Shown piece by piece: positions 20,158 to 31,101 of a DNA stretch of 51,710 nt (its first letter is position 1; each line of letters begins with the position of its first letter). This DNA comes from an uncultured Methanosarcinales archaeon (GTDB taxonomy: Archaea; Halobacteriota; Methanosarcinia; Methanotrichales; Methanotrichaceae). Location: the NCBI GenBank assembly GCA_963843555.1, contig CAWJKV010000008.1:1-51710 (forward strand), written 5' to 3'. A program made the translations under genes and the position numbers. Under the pieces are notes generated by a model that was given only the letters and a program-made list of their open reading frames with translations, did not search any database and had not been told where the DNA came from.

Positions 20158-20162
20158 TCTAT

Positions 20163-21588
20163 GTACGTGTTTAGCTCTCGCTTAAATTTCTAAAATTTCC
20201 ATCAAAATTCATTTAGACCAGAAAAATTAAGTAATATAATCGCAATATTCTTTTATTGGGAGTATGGACGAAGGAGAAATTAACAGGCAGCTTCGTGAGC
20301 TTGTTGAACAATTGAAGCATGAGAATGAGCTGCTTAAGGCAAAAGTTATCGAACTTGAAGCTCGACTAGCTCAATATGAGAATGCACATACTCCACCAAG
20401 TCTAAGACGTGGCCGCAATCGCAAAAAGGATCGGGAAAAAGACATCAAGGGAAAACCTGGTCAAAAAAGCGGGCACAAAGGCGTAACAAGGACTTATGTG
20501 GCTCCGGATAGGCAAGTGGAAGTCACAATGGATCACTGTCCCGATTGCGGGACAAAGCTTGGTTCTCCTTTTCGAATTGATTCGAAGATCATTGAGGAAA
20601 TTCCTGAACCTCAGCCGATCATCGTTACTGAATACAGAATCTCGCATTACAGATGTGCTTGCTGCCGGAAAGAAGTTGCTGCAAAAGATCCAGGCTGCCC
20701 ACATGAAGGCAAATTCGGAAACAACGTAATTGCGCAGGCGACACTGCTAAAATATGATGGTAGAATGCCTCACCGAAAGATCCACGACGCAATGATGAGA
20801 CTGTTCGGTCTGAAAATAAGTCCTGCTACGATACTCGATTTAACCCGTCGCGCTGCTGATGCGGTTCAATCGGAATACGATGCGATTCTAAAGAAGATTC
20901 GAGGCGCTCCGATCCTTTACGTGGATGAAACGTCAATCCATGTCCAGGGAGAAAGACATTGGATCTGGACCTTTTCCACACCATCTGAGTCTTTTTTCGT
21001 GATTCGGAAGAGCCGAGGCATGAAGGTTCTGACGGAAGTCTTGACGCGGAGATTCAAGGGAATAATCGTGTGCGACGGTTGGAAACCTTATGCCAGGTTC
21101 ACAAATCGCATTCAGCGATGTTGGGCACATCTGCTTCGAGAGTCAAAAGAGATTGCTGAGAAGTTCGAGGAAGCGATTCCACTACATAATGCACTCAAAG
21201 AGCTTTACGAGATACTAACCGAGGCTCTGGAAAACGATCCTCCGCCAAAAGTCAGAAAGAGACTATGGCAATTGGCGCGAGAAGCGCTTCGGCACTGGAT
21301 CATGAAAGAGTACTCTATCGAGAAAGTCCGGAAATTCATCGGGAAAATCAACAACGGGTTTGACTACTGGTTCACATTTATCATTAATCCAGGTGTAGAG
21401 CCGACCAATAATCGAGCCGAGAGAGCGTTGCGACCACACGTGGTTTTGAGAAAGATCTTGGGCACACTGCGCAATGACAAAGGAACTTCGATTCATGAGC
21501 GAATCATGACGACACTGGCAACATGGGGACAGAAAGGGTTGAATAGTCTCCAAATGCTAACCGCGAAGCTGGCCAGCTAAACACGTAC
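20163..21588 (+). mobile_element. IS66-family element (single-ORF, ISBst12-like)
   Basis: 14-bp TIRs GTACGTGTTTAGCT / AGCTAAACACGTAC and 8-bp target duplication CATTCTAT at 20155-20162 and 21589-21596. Confidence 0.95.
20264..21580 (+). CDS. IS66 family transposase
   Basis: Coiled coil, PPS..G.HKG, zinc finger CPDCG/CACC, DET, DGW, QRCWAHLLR and TNNRAERALR. Confidence 0.95.
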   Translation: MDEGEINRQLRELVEQLKHENELLKAKVIELEARLAQYENAHTPPSLRRGRNRKKDREKDIKGKPGQKSGHKGVTRTYVAPDRQVEVTMDHCPDCGTKLGSPFRIDSKIIEEIPEPQPIIVTEYRISHYRCACCRKEVAAKDPGCPHEGKFGNNVIAQATLLKYDGRMPHRKIHDAMMRLFGLKISPATILDLTRRAADAVQSEYDAILKKIRGAPILYVDETSIHVQGERHWIWTFSTPSESFFVIRKSRGMKVLTEVLTRRFKGIIVCDGWKPYARFTNRIQRCWAHLLRESKEIAEKFEEAIPLHNALKELYEILTEALENDPPPKVRKRLWQLAREALRHWIMKEYSIEKVRKFIGKINNGFDYWFTFIINPGVEPTNNRAERALRPHVVLRKILGTLRNDKGTSIHERIMTTLATWGQKGLNSLQMLTAKLAS

Positions 21589-21868
21589 CATTCTATCACC
21601 TAATTAAATCATTGGAATTCCATGAAATTAATACTTGTCGGAGAAGCATCTTAATTGACATGGAAAGTTGCGAACTATGATTAACAGCATAGTACCTTAA
21701 TCTGTATCCATCGATCTCCATGATCATGGAGGAAGGTCAGCGGCAACAAAACATATCGCGATGGGATAGCTTCTTGTAGTCTCCCTTACCATGCCTGCTA
21801 ACTATTCGACAGGGCCATCGAGATTTGTTCGCAGGATGCAACCATATGGATAAACAAGACAATGCTCC

Positions 21869-23055
21869 TAATGCGTTCGGTCGTATTAATTTTGCAGATT
21901 AAGATAATGCCTTTGGAGTTTTACTCTGGCGTTATCTTTATTGAACCTCCATCTTACTGTTGCGCCGATTGCATTCCGCTTTCGTTCCCAGCGCTAACCT
22001 CATCGGCAAGCTTCTTCACATCGGCAATCCTGCGATCCAAGCATTGCTTTGAAAGTGCAGAGAGTTCTATCTCCGCCATATTGAGCCAACTTCCCTTCTT
22101 GGGAGTATAGTGATACTCAAACCTCTTTGCGAGTTGGAAAGCATCATCTGGAGATAGGGCTTCATAAAATGAACCAGCCGTATGTGTGTTTAGGTTATCC
22201 TGGACCAAAATAATGGTTTCAGCTTCTGGATAATGGTGAGCGAGCAATTTCATAAAATCTGCATAATCGACTTTCGTCCGGCGTTCCTTAACACGAATAT
22301 CCTCTTACCTGCGCGAGGCTCAAAGGCCAAGAATATACAGCATGTGCCATTTCGGATATATTCATAATGCTCTTTCTTTGGGCTTCCTGGTTTCATGGGA
22401 ATCGGAATAATCGCATCGCCGATCAACTGGCATGGCCTCTCGTCGAAACAGATAACCGGGCGTTTCGGATCATAGGGTTGCTCATAAAGATCCAAGACAT
22501 CCTCCATGTGCCAGATGAAATCACTCGTCATCTTTCCTATGCACCAGCGAGTCTTTAGCCAAGGTTTAATTTCATTTTTTTCAATAGCCTTTGCACACTC
22601 ATATGGGAGATGGAATCTACGACCTCCATCTCAACAAGCTTATCTGCCAGAAGTCTGAACGTCCATTTTGATCTGCCATCAGGCGGCTCAGAACATGCAA
22701 GAAGGGTCAATTGTGCTTCGATCTTTCCATCTATTTTTGGAGGGGCACCACTGCGGGCTTTTTCATGCAGTGCAAAATCCAGACCACCCTCGCAATATCT
22801 CGTTCTTATTCGACTCACTGTCGACTTGCTCACCTTTAATGCTTCTGCGATCATTTCATCATCGCGCCCTTCATCCGCTAAGAGAAGTATCCTGGCCCGA
22901 GTCAGACTTCTTGCAGAAGACTTGCCTTTACGAAGATATTGTTTCAGCTCTTCTCGTTCTTCTTCTTTCAAGCTGACAATGTGCAATTTCTTCCTTGCCA
23001 TGATCTTTATTATATGGCAAGTTCTAAAATTTAAAACTTTTGTTACAGAGCACTA
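21869..23055 (-). mobile_element. IS630-family element with additional frameshifts
   Basis: TA-bounded ends (TAGTGCTCTGTAAC... at right, weaker TAATGCGTTCGG... at left) enclosing HTH and DDE transposase segments. Confidence 0.8.
21886..23001 (-). pseudogene. IS630 transposase: orfA plus -1 frameshifted orfB, with two extra breaks
   Basis: orfA HTH at 22555..23001. A7 slippery run near 22576-22582 leads in the -1 frame to KNEIKPWLK...MEDVLDLY, CFDE, QDNLNTH and SWLNMAEIE. Further frame breaks near 22290 and 21990. Confidence 0.85.
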
Positions 23056-23450
23056 GTGAGGATAATGCAGCTTTTCGCCAAAGCCAGGGAGCTGAGGTAC
23101 ATGGGCTAATCCCGTCTCTTAGCAGTATGCATAACTTGTTATCCTGCCCTTCTTTTTTCGGATTTAGTCCAATCTTGGGTGGTTGTACAGGCATTACGAA
23201 TAACCAGCAAAATTGGACTGCATCTACAGTGTGTAGCTCTCCTCCAGGATCTCGATGGTCCATCATAATTGCAGCCTGGCCTCTGCTCAAGGAACCTCGG
23301 CCAGCTTGTCTTGGCATGCCGCTTTTTGCACAAATCCATGGCGCTCGGGCCCGAGCACCAAAGCCGGATTTTGGTGAGAGCCAACTCTTGGCATTAATTA
23401 TTACCCCAGGCATAGAAACGATTTAGTAATGCGAGAGATCTGTTAAAATC

Positions 23451-24734
23451 ATGTTCGGACCTAAATCTCATCTCACCACTCGCAGCAATCACCTCTTTAT
23501 CGAAGACGTGGACTGTTTTCTGCTGGCACAGCAGCACGGCACGCCCCTTTATGTCACATCCGAAAAAAGACTTCGAGAGAACATTCGCGCCTACCACAGG
23601 GCTTTTCCCGATGCAGACAAGTACTTCGCAGTAAAGGCCAATGGCAATCTCACAATTTTGCGTATCGCCGCCCAGGAGGGCATGGGAGCAGACGTCTTCT
23701 CTGCCGGCGAGCTCTCTGTGGTTCGCATGGCCGGCATCCCCAGGGATAAGATCCTTTTTAACGGCAACTCCAAGAGCGAGAAGGATCATGAGATGGCGCT
23801 ACAAGCGGGGGTGCGATTGTCCGTGGACTCTCGTGAAGAACTGGAGCATCTGGCAAGAACTGCCCAGGCTCTTGGATTGGAGGCCGAGATCCTCTTCCGG
23901 GTCAACCCTGATGTCTCTGCCAAAACTCATCCCAAGATCGCCACTGGCCTTCGGTCTTCCAAGTTCGGCATTCCGGCTGAAGAGGTTGCTGAGACTTACC
24001 AGAGGGCCATGAGCCTGATAGGCATAAAGCCGGTGGGCCTGCACTGCCACATCGGCTCACAGATCCTGGATACATCTTCTTTTGCAGAAGCGGCAGATAA
24101 GATGATGGACATTGCCGGTGCAGTGGTGGAGAAGGGCGGCGAGGTCAAGAGGATAGACCTGGGTGGCGGCCTGGGCATCCAGTATCACCCCGACACTCCC
24201 TCTCCCGAGCCCGCAGACCTGGCTAAAGCCATCCTGCCCATCTTCCTGAATCGAAGCCGGGATTTGGGCATCGCTCCCCAGCTTATCCTGGAGCCGGGCC
24301 GGAGCATTGTGGCGGATACTACCATCATGCTGACGGGCGTAAACGAGGTCAAGAGGGCTCACGTCAACTTCGCTGCCATGGACGCCGGCTTCAATGTCCT
24401 GGCCCGTCCCATGCTTTACGACTCCTATCATCATGTCGTAGTGGCCAACCGGGCAGGTGCGCCTTTGGAGGAGACCTACACCGTTGTCGGGCCGATCTGC
24501 GAGACAGGTGATGTGCTGGCCCGCGACCGCCAGCTGCCGCGTCTGGAAAGGGGAGACGTGCTGGCCTTCCTGGATACCGGAGCATATGGCTTTTCCATGG
24601 CCTCGCAGTATAACGGTCAGCCCCGGCCGGCGGAATTGCTGATCTCGGGAGACGAGGCTGAGGTCACCCGCCGGGCAGAGGACTCGAGCGCTCTCCTGGC
24701 CGGTCAGAGGATTTTGCCCCGGCTTATGTGGTAG
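23451..24734 (+). CDS. lysA: Diaminopimelate decarboxylase
   Basis: YFAVKAN (PLP lysine), HCHIGSQ, DLGGG, EPGRS, GPICETGD and GAYG. Confidence 0.96.
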   Translation: MFGPKSHLTTRSNHLFIEDVDCFLLAQQHGTPLYVTSEKRLRENIRAYHRAFPDADKYFAVKANGNLTILRIAAQEGMGADVFSAGELSVVRMAGIPRDKILFNGNSKSEKDHEMALQAGVRLSVDSREELEHLARTAQALGLEAEILFRVNPDVSAKTHPKIATGLRSSKFGIPAEEVAETYQRAMSLIGIKPVGLHCHIGSQILDTSSFAEAADKMMDIAGAVVEKGGEVKRIDLGGGLGIQYHPDTPSPEPADLAKAILPIFLNRSRDLGIAPQLILEPGRSIVADTTIMLTGVNEVKRAHVNFAAMDAGFNVLARPMLYDSYHHVVVANRAGAPLEETYTVVGPICETGDVLARDRQLPRLERGDVLAFLDTGAYGFSMASQYNGQPRPAELLISGDEAEVTRRAEDSSALLAGQRILPRLMW

Positions 24735-24740
24735 GCTGGT

Positions 24741-25370
24741 ATGAAGACCGAACTGGAAAGCGCCATCGAGGCCGTGCAGAGCATGGTACTTCCCTTGCGG
24801 CAGGGCGAGTTCGCTGAATGCGCTGGCAAGATCTCAGTTTATGTGCAGTCCGTGGCAAAGAGCCGCGATTCATCTCGCACTGCTCTGCAGGCTTTGGAGC
24901 AAAGAATGGCCAAAGATTCCGAGGGGTACAGTAAGGCCAAAGAGACAATCAAGCTAAGCTTTCAGAAATCCCTGCAAAACTCGCTGCGTTTTGCCCGCCT
25001 CAACCTGGATCAACTACGGTTGCAGGCGCTGCAGGCGCTGGTCTGCAGACCCAGGAATCCCACCAAGACAGACGAGCAGAAGAAATCAATCGCCCTGCAG
25101 AAGACCTTCGACCGGCTGACGAGTCCCCAAGAGGCCATGCTGGAGCACTATCTCTCCAGCTCTGATCCACTCAATAAGTATCTAGTAGCCGGACCGTGGG
25201 GCCACCAGTACCTGCAGAGGAGAAAGATCGATCTGGAGGAGTACGATCGACGGCTCTGCGAGATGCTGGCCTGCCAGGATACATTGGCGGGTAGAGTCGT
25301 GCTTAGCTACACAGGGATTTGCCGGGCTTTCGATGTGGTGGAGGAGCAGGCGATGGAGGCTTTGGATTAA
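24741..25370 (+). CDS. Hypothetical helical protein, probably co-transcribed with lysA
   Basis: 209 aa ORF starting 6 nt after the lysA stop. Confidence 0.7.
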   Translation: MKTELESAIEAVQSMVLPLRQGEFAECAGKISVYVQSVAKSRDSSRTALQALEQRMAKDSEGYSKAKETIKLSFQKSLQNSLRFARLNLDQLRLQALQALVCRPRNPTKTDEQKKSIALQKTFDRLTSPQEAMLEHYLSSSDPLNKYLVAGPWGHQYLQRRKIDLEEYDRRLCEMLACQDTLAGRVVLSYTGICRAFDVVEEQAMEALD

Positions 25371-25448
25371 ATTATATCAATTCATGCCTCTGGTGATTCT
25401 TTACTTATCAAAAAAGGATTCTTGCCAAAGCCCGAGGGCACTGGCAAC

Positions 25449-26695
25449 TAGTTTATCAATTCTGAATTAAAGCCACAATACTTTTATTCCTGCAGCTCAT
25501 ATGTGTATTATGCCATTCGAGAGTACACGACCAAAGTTGAGCTTCAATTCTGAGGAGATCGCCATTTTAGTTGAAGTAAGCAGATCTAGAACCCATCCAC
25601 AAAGAGAAGTGGAGCGCGCAAAAATATTGCTTGCCAATATCGAAGGGTCAAATGATTCCCGCATCGCAAGAGATTTACATACTAATCGTTATAAAGTAAT
25701 TCGAACTATAAAAAAAGCTCTTGCCTATGGTTTAGAGGATGCTCTTAGAGATTTACCAAGATCAGGGCGTCCCAAAGAGATTTCATCGGAAGCACGCGCA
25801 TGGATCATATCTATTGCATGCATGAAACCAAAGGACCTCGGGTATCCTCATGAGCTATGGACCCAAAGATTATTGGTGGAATATATTAGAGCACATTGCC
25901 ATGAGAAAGGATTTGGAGAAGTCTCAAATATAACACAAGGGACCGTATCTAAAATTCTAAATGCAAGCAAAATTAAACCACATAAAATTATATCTTATAT
26001 AGAAAAGAAAGATCCAGATTTTGATTCCAAGAGTGCGGTAGTTCTGCATACATATAAGCAAGTAGAAATGATGAAGAAGAAAGTTGGATCTGGTGAAGAA
26101 GTCCTCTCTGCAATAGTATCATATGATGAAAAGCCTGGTATTAAGGCACTTGGAACAATAGCTCCAGACCTACCACCAAAGCCTGGAGAATATCCATCTA
26201 TTGCTCGTGATTACGAATATATTCGATATGGGACGATTTCTTTGCTTGCGGGTATCGATCTAATAACTGGTAATATACATCATAAGGTATTTGATAATCA
26301 TCGGAGTAAGGAATTTGTAGAATTTTTAAAATATCTAAATGAGGTATACCCGTCTTATATCAAGATTACTATCATTCTTGATAATTTGAAAGTCCATACA
26401 TCAAAAGAAACGAGAAAATATTTGATGTCTGTGCCAAATAGATTTCACTTTGTTTTCACGCCAAAACATGCATCTTGGCTGAATATCATTGAGACTCTAT
26501 TCAGCAAAATGACTCGAAGCATGTTGCGCGGAATCCGAGTGGGGTCAAAAAACGAGCTGATAGATAGGATCGACGAGTATTTTAATTATCTAAATAAAAC
26601 ACCAACGATCTTTACCTGGAAATATAAAATGGATGAGATGCCGGGAGATATATGACTCTATCTTATTGTTGTATCAATTCAGAATCGATATACTA
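25449..26695 (+). mobile_element. IS630-family element (single ORF)
   Basis: Imperfect ~30-bp TIRs TAGTTTATCAATTCTGAATTAAAGCCACAATA vs reverse-complement TAGTATATCGATTCTGAATTGATACAACAATA, with TA target duplication. Confidence 0.92.
25501..26655 (+). CDS. IS630 family transposase
   Basis: RSGRP HTH, SYDEKPG, ILDNLKVH and SWLNIIE DDE triad, intact 384 aa. Confidence 0.95.
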   Translation: MCIMPFESTRPKLSFNSEEIAILVEVSRSRTHPQREVERAKILLANIEGSNDSRIARDLHTNRYKVIRTIKKALAYGLEDALRDLPRSGRPKEISSEARAWIISIACMKPKDLGYPHELWTQRLLVEYIRAHCHEKGFGEVSNITQGTVSKILNASKIKPHKIISYIEKKDPDFDSKSAVVLHTYKQVEMMKKKVGSGEEVLSAIVSYDEKPGIKALGTIAPDLPPKPGEYPSIARDYEYIRYGTISLLAGIDLITGNIHHKVFDNHRSKEFVEFLKYLNEVYPSYIKITIILDNLKVHTSKETRKYLMSVPNRFHFVFTPKHASWLNIIETLFSKMTRSMLRGIRVGSKNELIDRIDEYFNYLNKTPTIFTWKYKMDEMPGDI

Positions 26696-27265
26696 GCTTA
26701 TCGCAACTGAATTGGATTTCAATACGATATCGCATCTGCGGTCATTCAGGGTTATGTAAACGCTCTTTGGAGGCACCTCTCCTTTGGGAACTGCGAACCA
26801 GAGGCCATCGAGGTCAGAAGGGCTGGATAATGCGCAAAAACCGTAGATGTAGCCTCCATCAAATGAATTGTAGATGTTCACCCAGGTCCGGGCGGAATTG
26901 GTGTTAAGCCCACAGGGCGGCAGGTCCGGGGCAGGCTTGAAGAGGCTGGCGGGATAGTCGTCTCTATTGGCAACAGAGAGCTTATACCGGGTATATGTAA
27001 CGCCGCCCACGGTGTAATCCTCCTTGCCGGTGTAGGTCAGCCTGGGCGCGGGCAGGCATTTGAAGCAGTAGCTGTATGAGGCGACTGGTCGCTCCAGGAC
27101 GGCGGAGGCAATCGGCACCTTCGAGCTGACTTGCGGGGTGTATGATGCCATAGTTTCGTCTGAAGTAGGCCCATAGTCATACTGAGCAATTGTCGTTCCC
27201 ATGAAGATCATGGTCATGGAAATGATCACAAGGAGGGTTCGAATATTCCTGTCGTTCGAATTCAT
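26693..27265 (-). CDS. Secreted hypothetical protein with Cys-containing beta domain
   Basis: Signal peptide and GGTGA RBS. Its TAG stop coincides with the IS630 TA target site. Confidence 0.75.
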   Translation of the reverse strand: MNSNDRNIRTLLVIISMTMIFMGTTIAQYDYGPTSDETMASYTPQVSSKVPIASAVLERPVASYSYCFKCLPAPRLTYTGKEDYTVGGVTYTRYKLSVANRDDYPASLFKPAPDLPPCGLNTNSARTWVNIYNSFDGGYIYGFCALSSPSDLDGLWFAVPKGEVPPKSVYITLNDRRCDIVLKSNSVAIS

Positions 27266-27622
27266 TTATCTCACCTGACTACTCATATGTTTAAATATTT
27301 TAGTTTCAAATAAGCTCTTATCATATAAACAATTTATGGTATCTTCAGATGAATTGTAGAGTCAGATGAATCGAGTTACATCGCCGAAGAAGTCCAGCGG
27401 ATTGATTGTGCCGTAAGAGAGATAGTCGAGACATAAGATCGAGCGCACTACAGATGATCGCAGTTGCTGATACGAATCGGATGAAGCATTCTTACGTCAT
27501 AGCTCAAATCAGATTAGATAATTTCTGTAAATGTGGTAATATCGGTGAGATTAGCTGGTTTTGGACGCTTCGGCAAAAGATATTATAATCCCTAAGTTAG
27601 ATTGATATAGTCATTGGAGGTG

Positions 27623-28357
27623 ATGCGGCTGCTGGAGATTGAAGATCTGTCGGTCAGCATCGGCAGTAAACAGGTTCTCAAAAACTTCGACCTTAGAATA
27701 AACCGTGGTGAGACCCATGCTCTCTTCGGACCCAATGGGACGGGCAAGACCACGCTCTTAAATGTTATCGCTGGAATTCCCAGGTACACAATCGATGGAG
27801 GGCGCATTGTATTCAAAGGAAAGGATATCACTCACATGTCCATGGATGAGCGGGCACGCCTGGGCATAGGCATGGCTTTTCAACGCCCGCCAGCCATCCG
27901 CGGTCTGAGGCTCAAAGACCTCATCAAGATCATCAATCCCAAGGCCGATGCTCCGACCATTCTGAAGAAGATGGATTTCGAGGCTTTCGGCGACCGGGAT
28001 GTCAACCGTGGTTTCTCAGGTGGCGAAGTAAAGCGTTCCGAGATGGTTCAGCTCCTGGCGCAGCAACCGGATTTGGTGATGCTGGACGAGCCCGACTCAG
28101 GCGTGGACCTGGAGAACATCAAGCTCATCGGTGAGGCCATCAACATGCTTACGCAAAAGGATCTGCGGCCCAGCTCCCGGACCAAGTCGGGGATAATAAT
28201 AACCCACTTCGGCCATATCCTGGAGTATATGAAAGCCGACAGGGCTCATGTCATGCTGGGTGGTGCCATCGTCTGCAGCGGAAACCCGACTGAGATCCTG
28301 GAACAGATCAAGAAGAGCGGATACGAAGGGTGTGTGGGATGCCTATGTCCAGCATAG
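27623..28357 (+). CDS. sufC: Fe-S assembly ABC ATPase SufC/SmsC
   Basis: GPNGTGKT, MAFQRP, FSGGEVKR and LDEPDSGVD. Confidence 0.92.
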   Translation: MRLLEIEDLSVSIGSKQVLKNFDLRINRGETHALFGPNGTGKTTLLNVIAGIPRYTIDGGRIVFKGKDITHMSMDERARLGIGMAFQRPPAIRGLRLKDLIKIINPKADAPTILKKMDFEAFGDRDVNRGFSGGEVKRSEMVQLLAQQPDLVMLDEPDSGVDLENIKLIGEAINMLTQKDLRPSSRTKSGIIITHFGHILEYMKADRAHVMLGGAIVCSGNPTEILEQIKKSGYEGCVGCLCPA

Positions 28358-29554
28358 AAGAAAAAGCCCTTAAGGCACGAGAAAAAAAAGCCCTCTACGG
28401 CACAGATGTGGACCTGGAGAGCTATGATACCGAGTCCAAACCCCAAAGCGTTGTAGAGGATGCCGAAGATCTTCCAAGTGCCGTGAAGAAGGCGGCATTG
28501 GACGTGGGCGTGAAGCTGGATTCAGAATCCTCCGGCGCTTATGTGCAGATGGATCAGACGCCGGTGGTGGCCAAGTCGCTTTATGATGGCGTGGAGATCA
28601 TGGATATGGCTTCCGCCCTGGAGAAGTACGACTATTTGCAGGACTACTGGTGGAAGCTGGTGGCACCGGATGCCGATAAGTACACGGCCGATGTGGCTAA
28701 TTCGCCTGCCGGCAGGTTACTTCATCCGCGCCAAGAAGGGCATGAAGACCGTCTTCCCTGTGAAGAGCTGCCTGTATCTCGGATCCACCAATCTCAACCA
28801 GCGTGTGCATAACATCATCATCGCTGAAGAGGGCTCGGAGCTGCACGTCATCACCGGCTGCACCACTCCGGCACATGTGCAGCGCGGACTGCATGCCGGA
28901 GTCTCGGAGTTCTTCATCCAGAAGAATGCCAAGGTGAGTTTTACCATGGTGCACAGCTGGGGAAAAGAGGTCGAGGTGCGACCGAGAACGGGAATCACCA
29001 TCGCAGAGGGCGGATCTCTCTCCAACAACTATATCCTGCTCAGGCCTGTGAAGACCCTCCAGACCTTCCCCACGGCCACGCTCGCCGGTCGGGGTGCGGT
29101 GGCCAGCTTCAACACGGTGATCTACGCCACTATGGGCAACATCGATGTGGGAAGCAATGTAAATCTCAATGCTCCCGATACCAGTGCTGAGTCCATCTCC
29201 CGGGTGGTCTGTGTGGGCGGAGAAGTCATCGCCCGGGGGAGGATGACGGGCAGAGTCCCTGGCGCCCGCGCTCATCTGGAGTGCGTTGGCCTTCTGTTAT
29301 CAGACAAGGGCAGAATCTACTCCATACCCGAGCTGGATGGCCAGAGCCGGGATCTGGATATGTCCCATGAGGCGGCGGTAGGCCGCATCTCAGAAGAAGA
29401 GCTGGAGTATCTCATGTCCCGCGGGCTGTCATCTGACGAGGCCACCAGCGTCATTGTGCGCGGCTTCCTGGATGTGGAGATCAAAGGGCTGCCCGAGGAG
29501 CTGAAACAGGAGATCAAGAACATCACCCAGAGAGAGGATCTGAAGGGTGCCTGA
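28345..29554 (+). CDS. sufB: Fe-S assembly scaffold SufB/SmsB, apparent 1-nt frameshift near 28712
   Basis: N-part in ORF 28330..28812 and C-part in 28541..29554 (ITGCT, ECVGLLL, HEAAVGRI, YLMSRG). The break is probably a sequencing error. Confidence 0.85.
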
Positions 29555-29615
29555 GGGCTCTCTTTTTCTTCTTTTTTTGGTGATCTGTCTGATAAGAAGT
29601 CACGGGTGAAGATGT

Positions 29616-30478
29616 TTGCCGCTTTCTTTGCGTCTGGAGACTATTTATAAGCACCTCAGGGAGGCCTTTTCCGAATGGCTCAAAGACGACGCATCGCTTC
29701 TCGCTGCAGCTCTGGCCTACTATGGCCTCTTCTCCTTTGTGTCGCTGTTCATTTTGATACTGATATCTATAAACTCTCTATTCCAGCAGGGACTTCTGGG
29801 ACGCGATATGGCGGTACTGGTGGAGAGGCTGGCCGGCCAGCAGCTGCCATCGGCGGCGGGTGAGCTGATCGATCAGGTCGGAACTCTGGCAGCATTCCTT
29901 CCCACTCACGCTATTGAGCATATTGCTCCTGTCGCTTGGTGCCGCCGGTCTCTTCGTGCAGACCAAGAAGGCCTTTCACATCATCTGGAACCTTTCGGAT
30001 GACGATATGCCGTTTCTGAATATGATCATCTCCTATCTACGATCTTATCTGCTCATTGGCCTGGTTGCCTTTTTGCTCCTGGTGACATCGGTCTTCACGG
30101 CCCTGCTCATTCCGGCAGCTTTGCAGATTGAAGATGCTTCTGCCGGTTCACCTGATCAGCCTTCTCACATTTGTTGTCTCATTCTCTTTTGTCACTATGC
30201 TGTTCGCTGCTACCTACAAGACCCTGGCCGGTGTGAGGCTGTCATGGAGTGATGTGCTTCCCGGCTCGGCCCTGGCGGCCCTTCTGTTTGCCATTGGAAA
30301 CTTCTGCATCGAGGCTTATGTGAAATTTGCCAACATCGGATCGCCCTATGGAGCGGCAGGCTCGCTGGTGGTCTTCCTGGTCTGGATTTATTACTCGGCG
30401 CAGATCTTCCTGTTTGGAGCGGAATGGATCAAGGTGCAAGGTAGAATCTCTGGGAGAGAAGATAAGGTGGCCGGGTGA
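29616..30478 (+). pseudogene. YihY/virulence factor BrkB family membrane protein with two frameshifts
   Basis: AAALAYYGLFS at the N-terminus and YGAAGSLVVFLVWIYYSAQIFLFGAE at the C-terminus, spread over three ORFs. Confidence 0.85.
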
Positions 30479-30765
30479 TCCCAGGCAGAAAAGGGGTCGA
30501 TCATGTTCCAGACGGGCAGACGTTACCTACTGACAGGAATTCATTCTCAACATCGGTTACAGATACCGATCAAGCCAGTCGACTGCCATGTCTTCTATCT
30601 CAGATGAGGCAGGGATTATTCTGGAGGAAGGCCAGGAGAGAAAATATCCTGAGCCTTTCCAGAGATTAAGAGAGGAGATGAGCTAGAGCTAAAGGCTGAT
30701 GGCAGTTCTAGAAATAGGCGAAAGGACATAAAATATGACATAGATGATCAAGGAGAACGAGAAAG

Positions 30766-31101
30766 ATGATATTTCGATATGCAGATGCTGCTTCAGTTGA
30801 GATGGTCCCGGGGCTGCTTCGTCGCACGCTTGTTGAAGGCAAATCAATGATGATTTGTGAATGCACATTTGCGCCCGGTGTTAAAGTTCCTGACCATTTC
30901 CACCCACATGAACAGGCGGGTTATGTAGTTTTGGGGAAGATACAAATCACCATCGGCGGCAAATGCTTTGAATTGGAGGCAGGAGATAGCTACTGCGCGC
31001 CCTCGAATGTGACCCATAGTGCATTTACTTTGGAGCGTTCGGTGGTTATAGACATATTTAGCCCACCTCGAGAAGATTACCGCTCGCCTGGAACAGCATA
31101 G
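30766..31101 (+). CDS. Cupin domain protein
   Basis: HFHPHEQ...H metal motif and DIFSPPREDY. Confidence 0.9.
   Translation: MIFRYADAASVEMVPGLLRRTLVEGKSMMICECTFAPGVKVPDHFHPHEQAGYVVLGKIQITIGGKCFELEAGDSYCAPSNVTHSAFTLERSVVIDIFSPPREDYRSPGTA

Noticed and set aside
23024..23426. Overlapping ORFs between IS630 and lysA
   Set aside because: No identifiable family. They are probably non-coding or decayed sequence.
21869..26695. lysA flanked by two IS630 elements as a composite transposon
   Set aside because: The two elements differ in sequence, organisation and TIRs, so independent insertions are more likely.
225..30478. Multiple frameshifted genes (flavoprotein, methyltransferase, protease, sufB, yihY) as programmed recoding or mass pseudogenisation
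   Set aside because: The breaks are isolated 1-nt indels without shared slippery motifs and include sufB, which is normally important. Sequencing or assembly error is more parsimonious, though reads are needed to decide.
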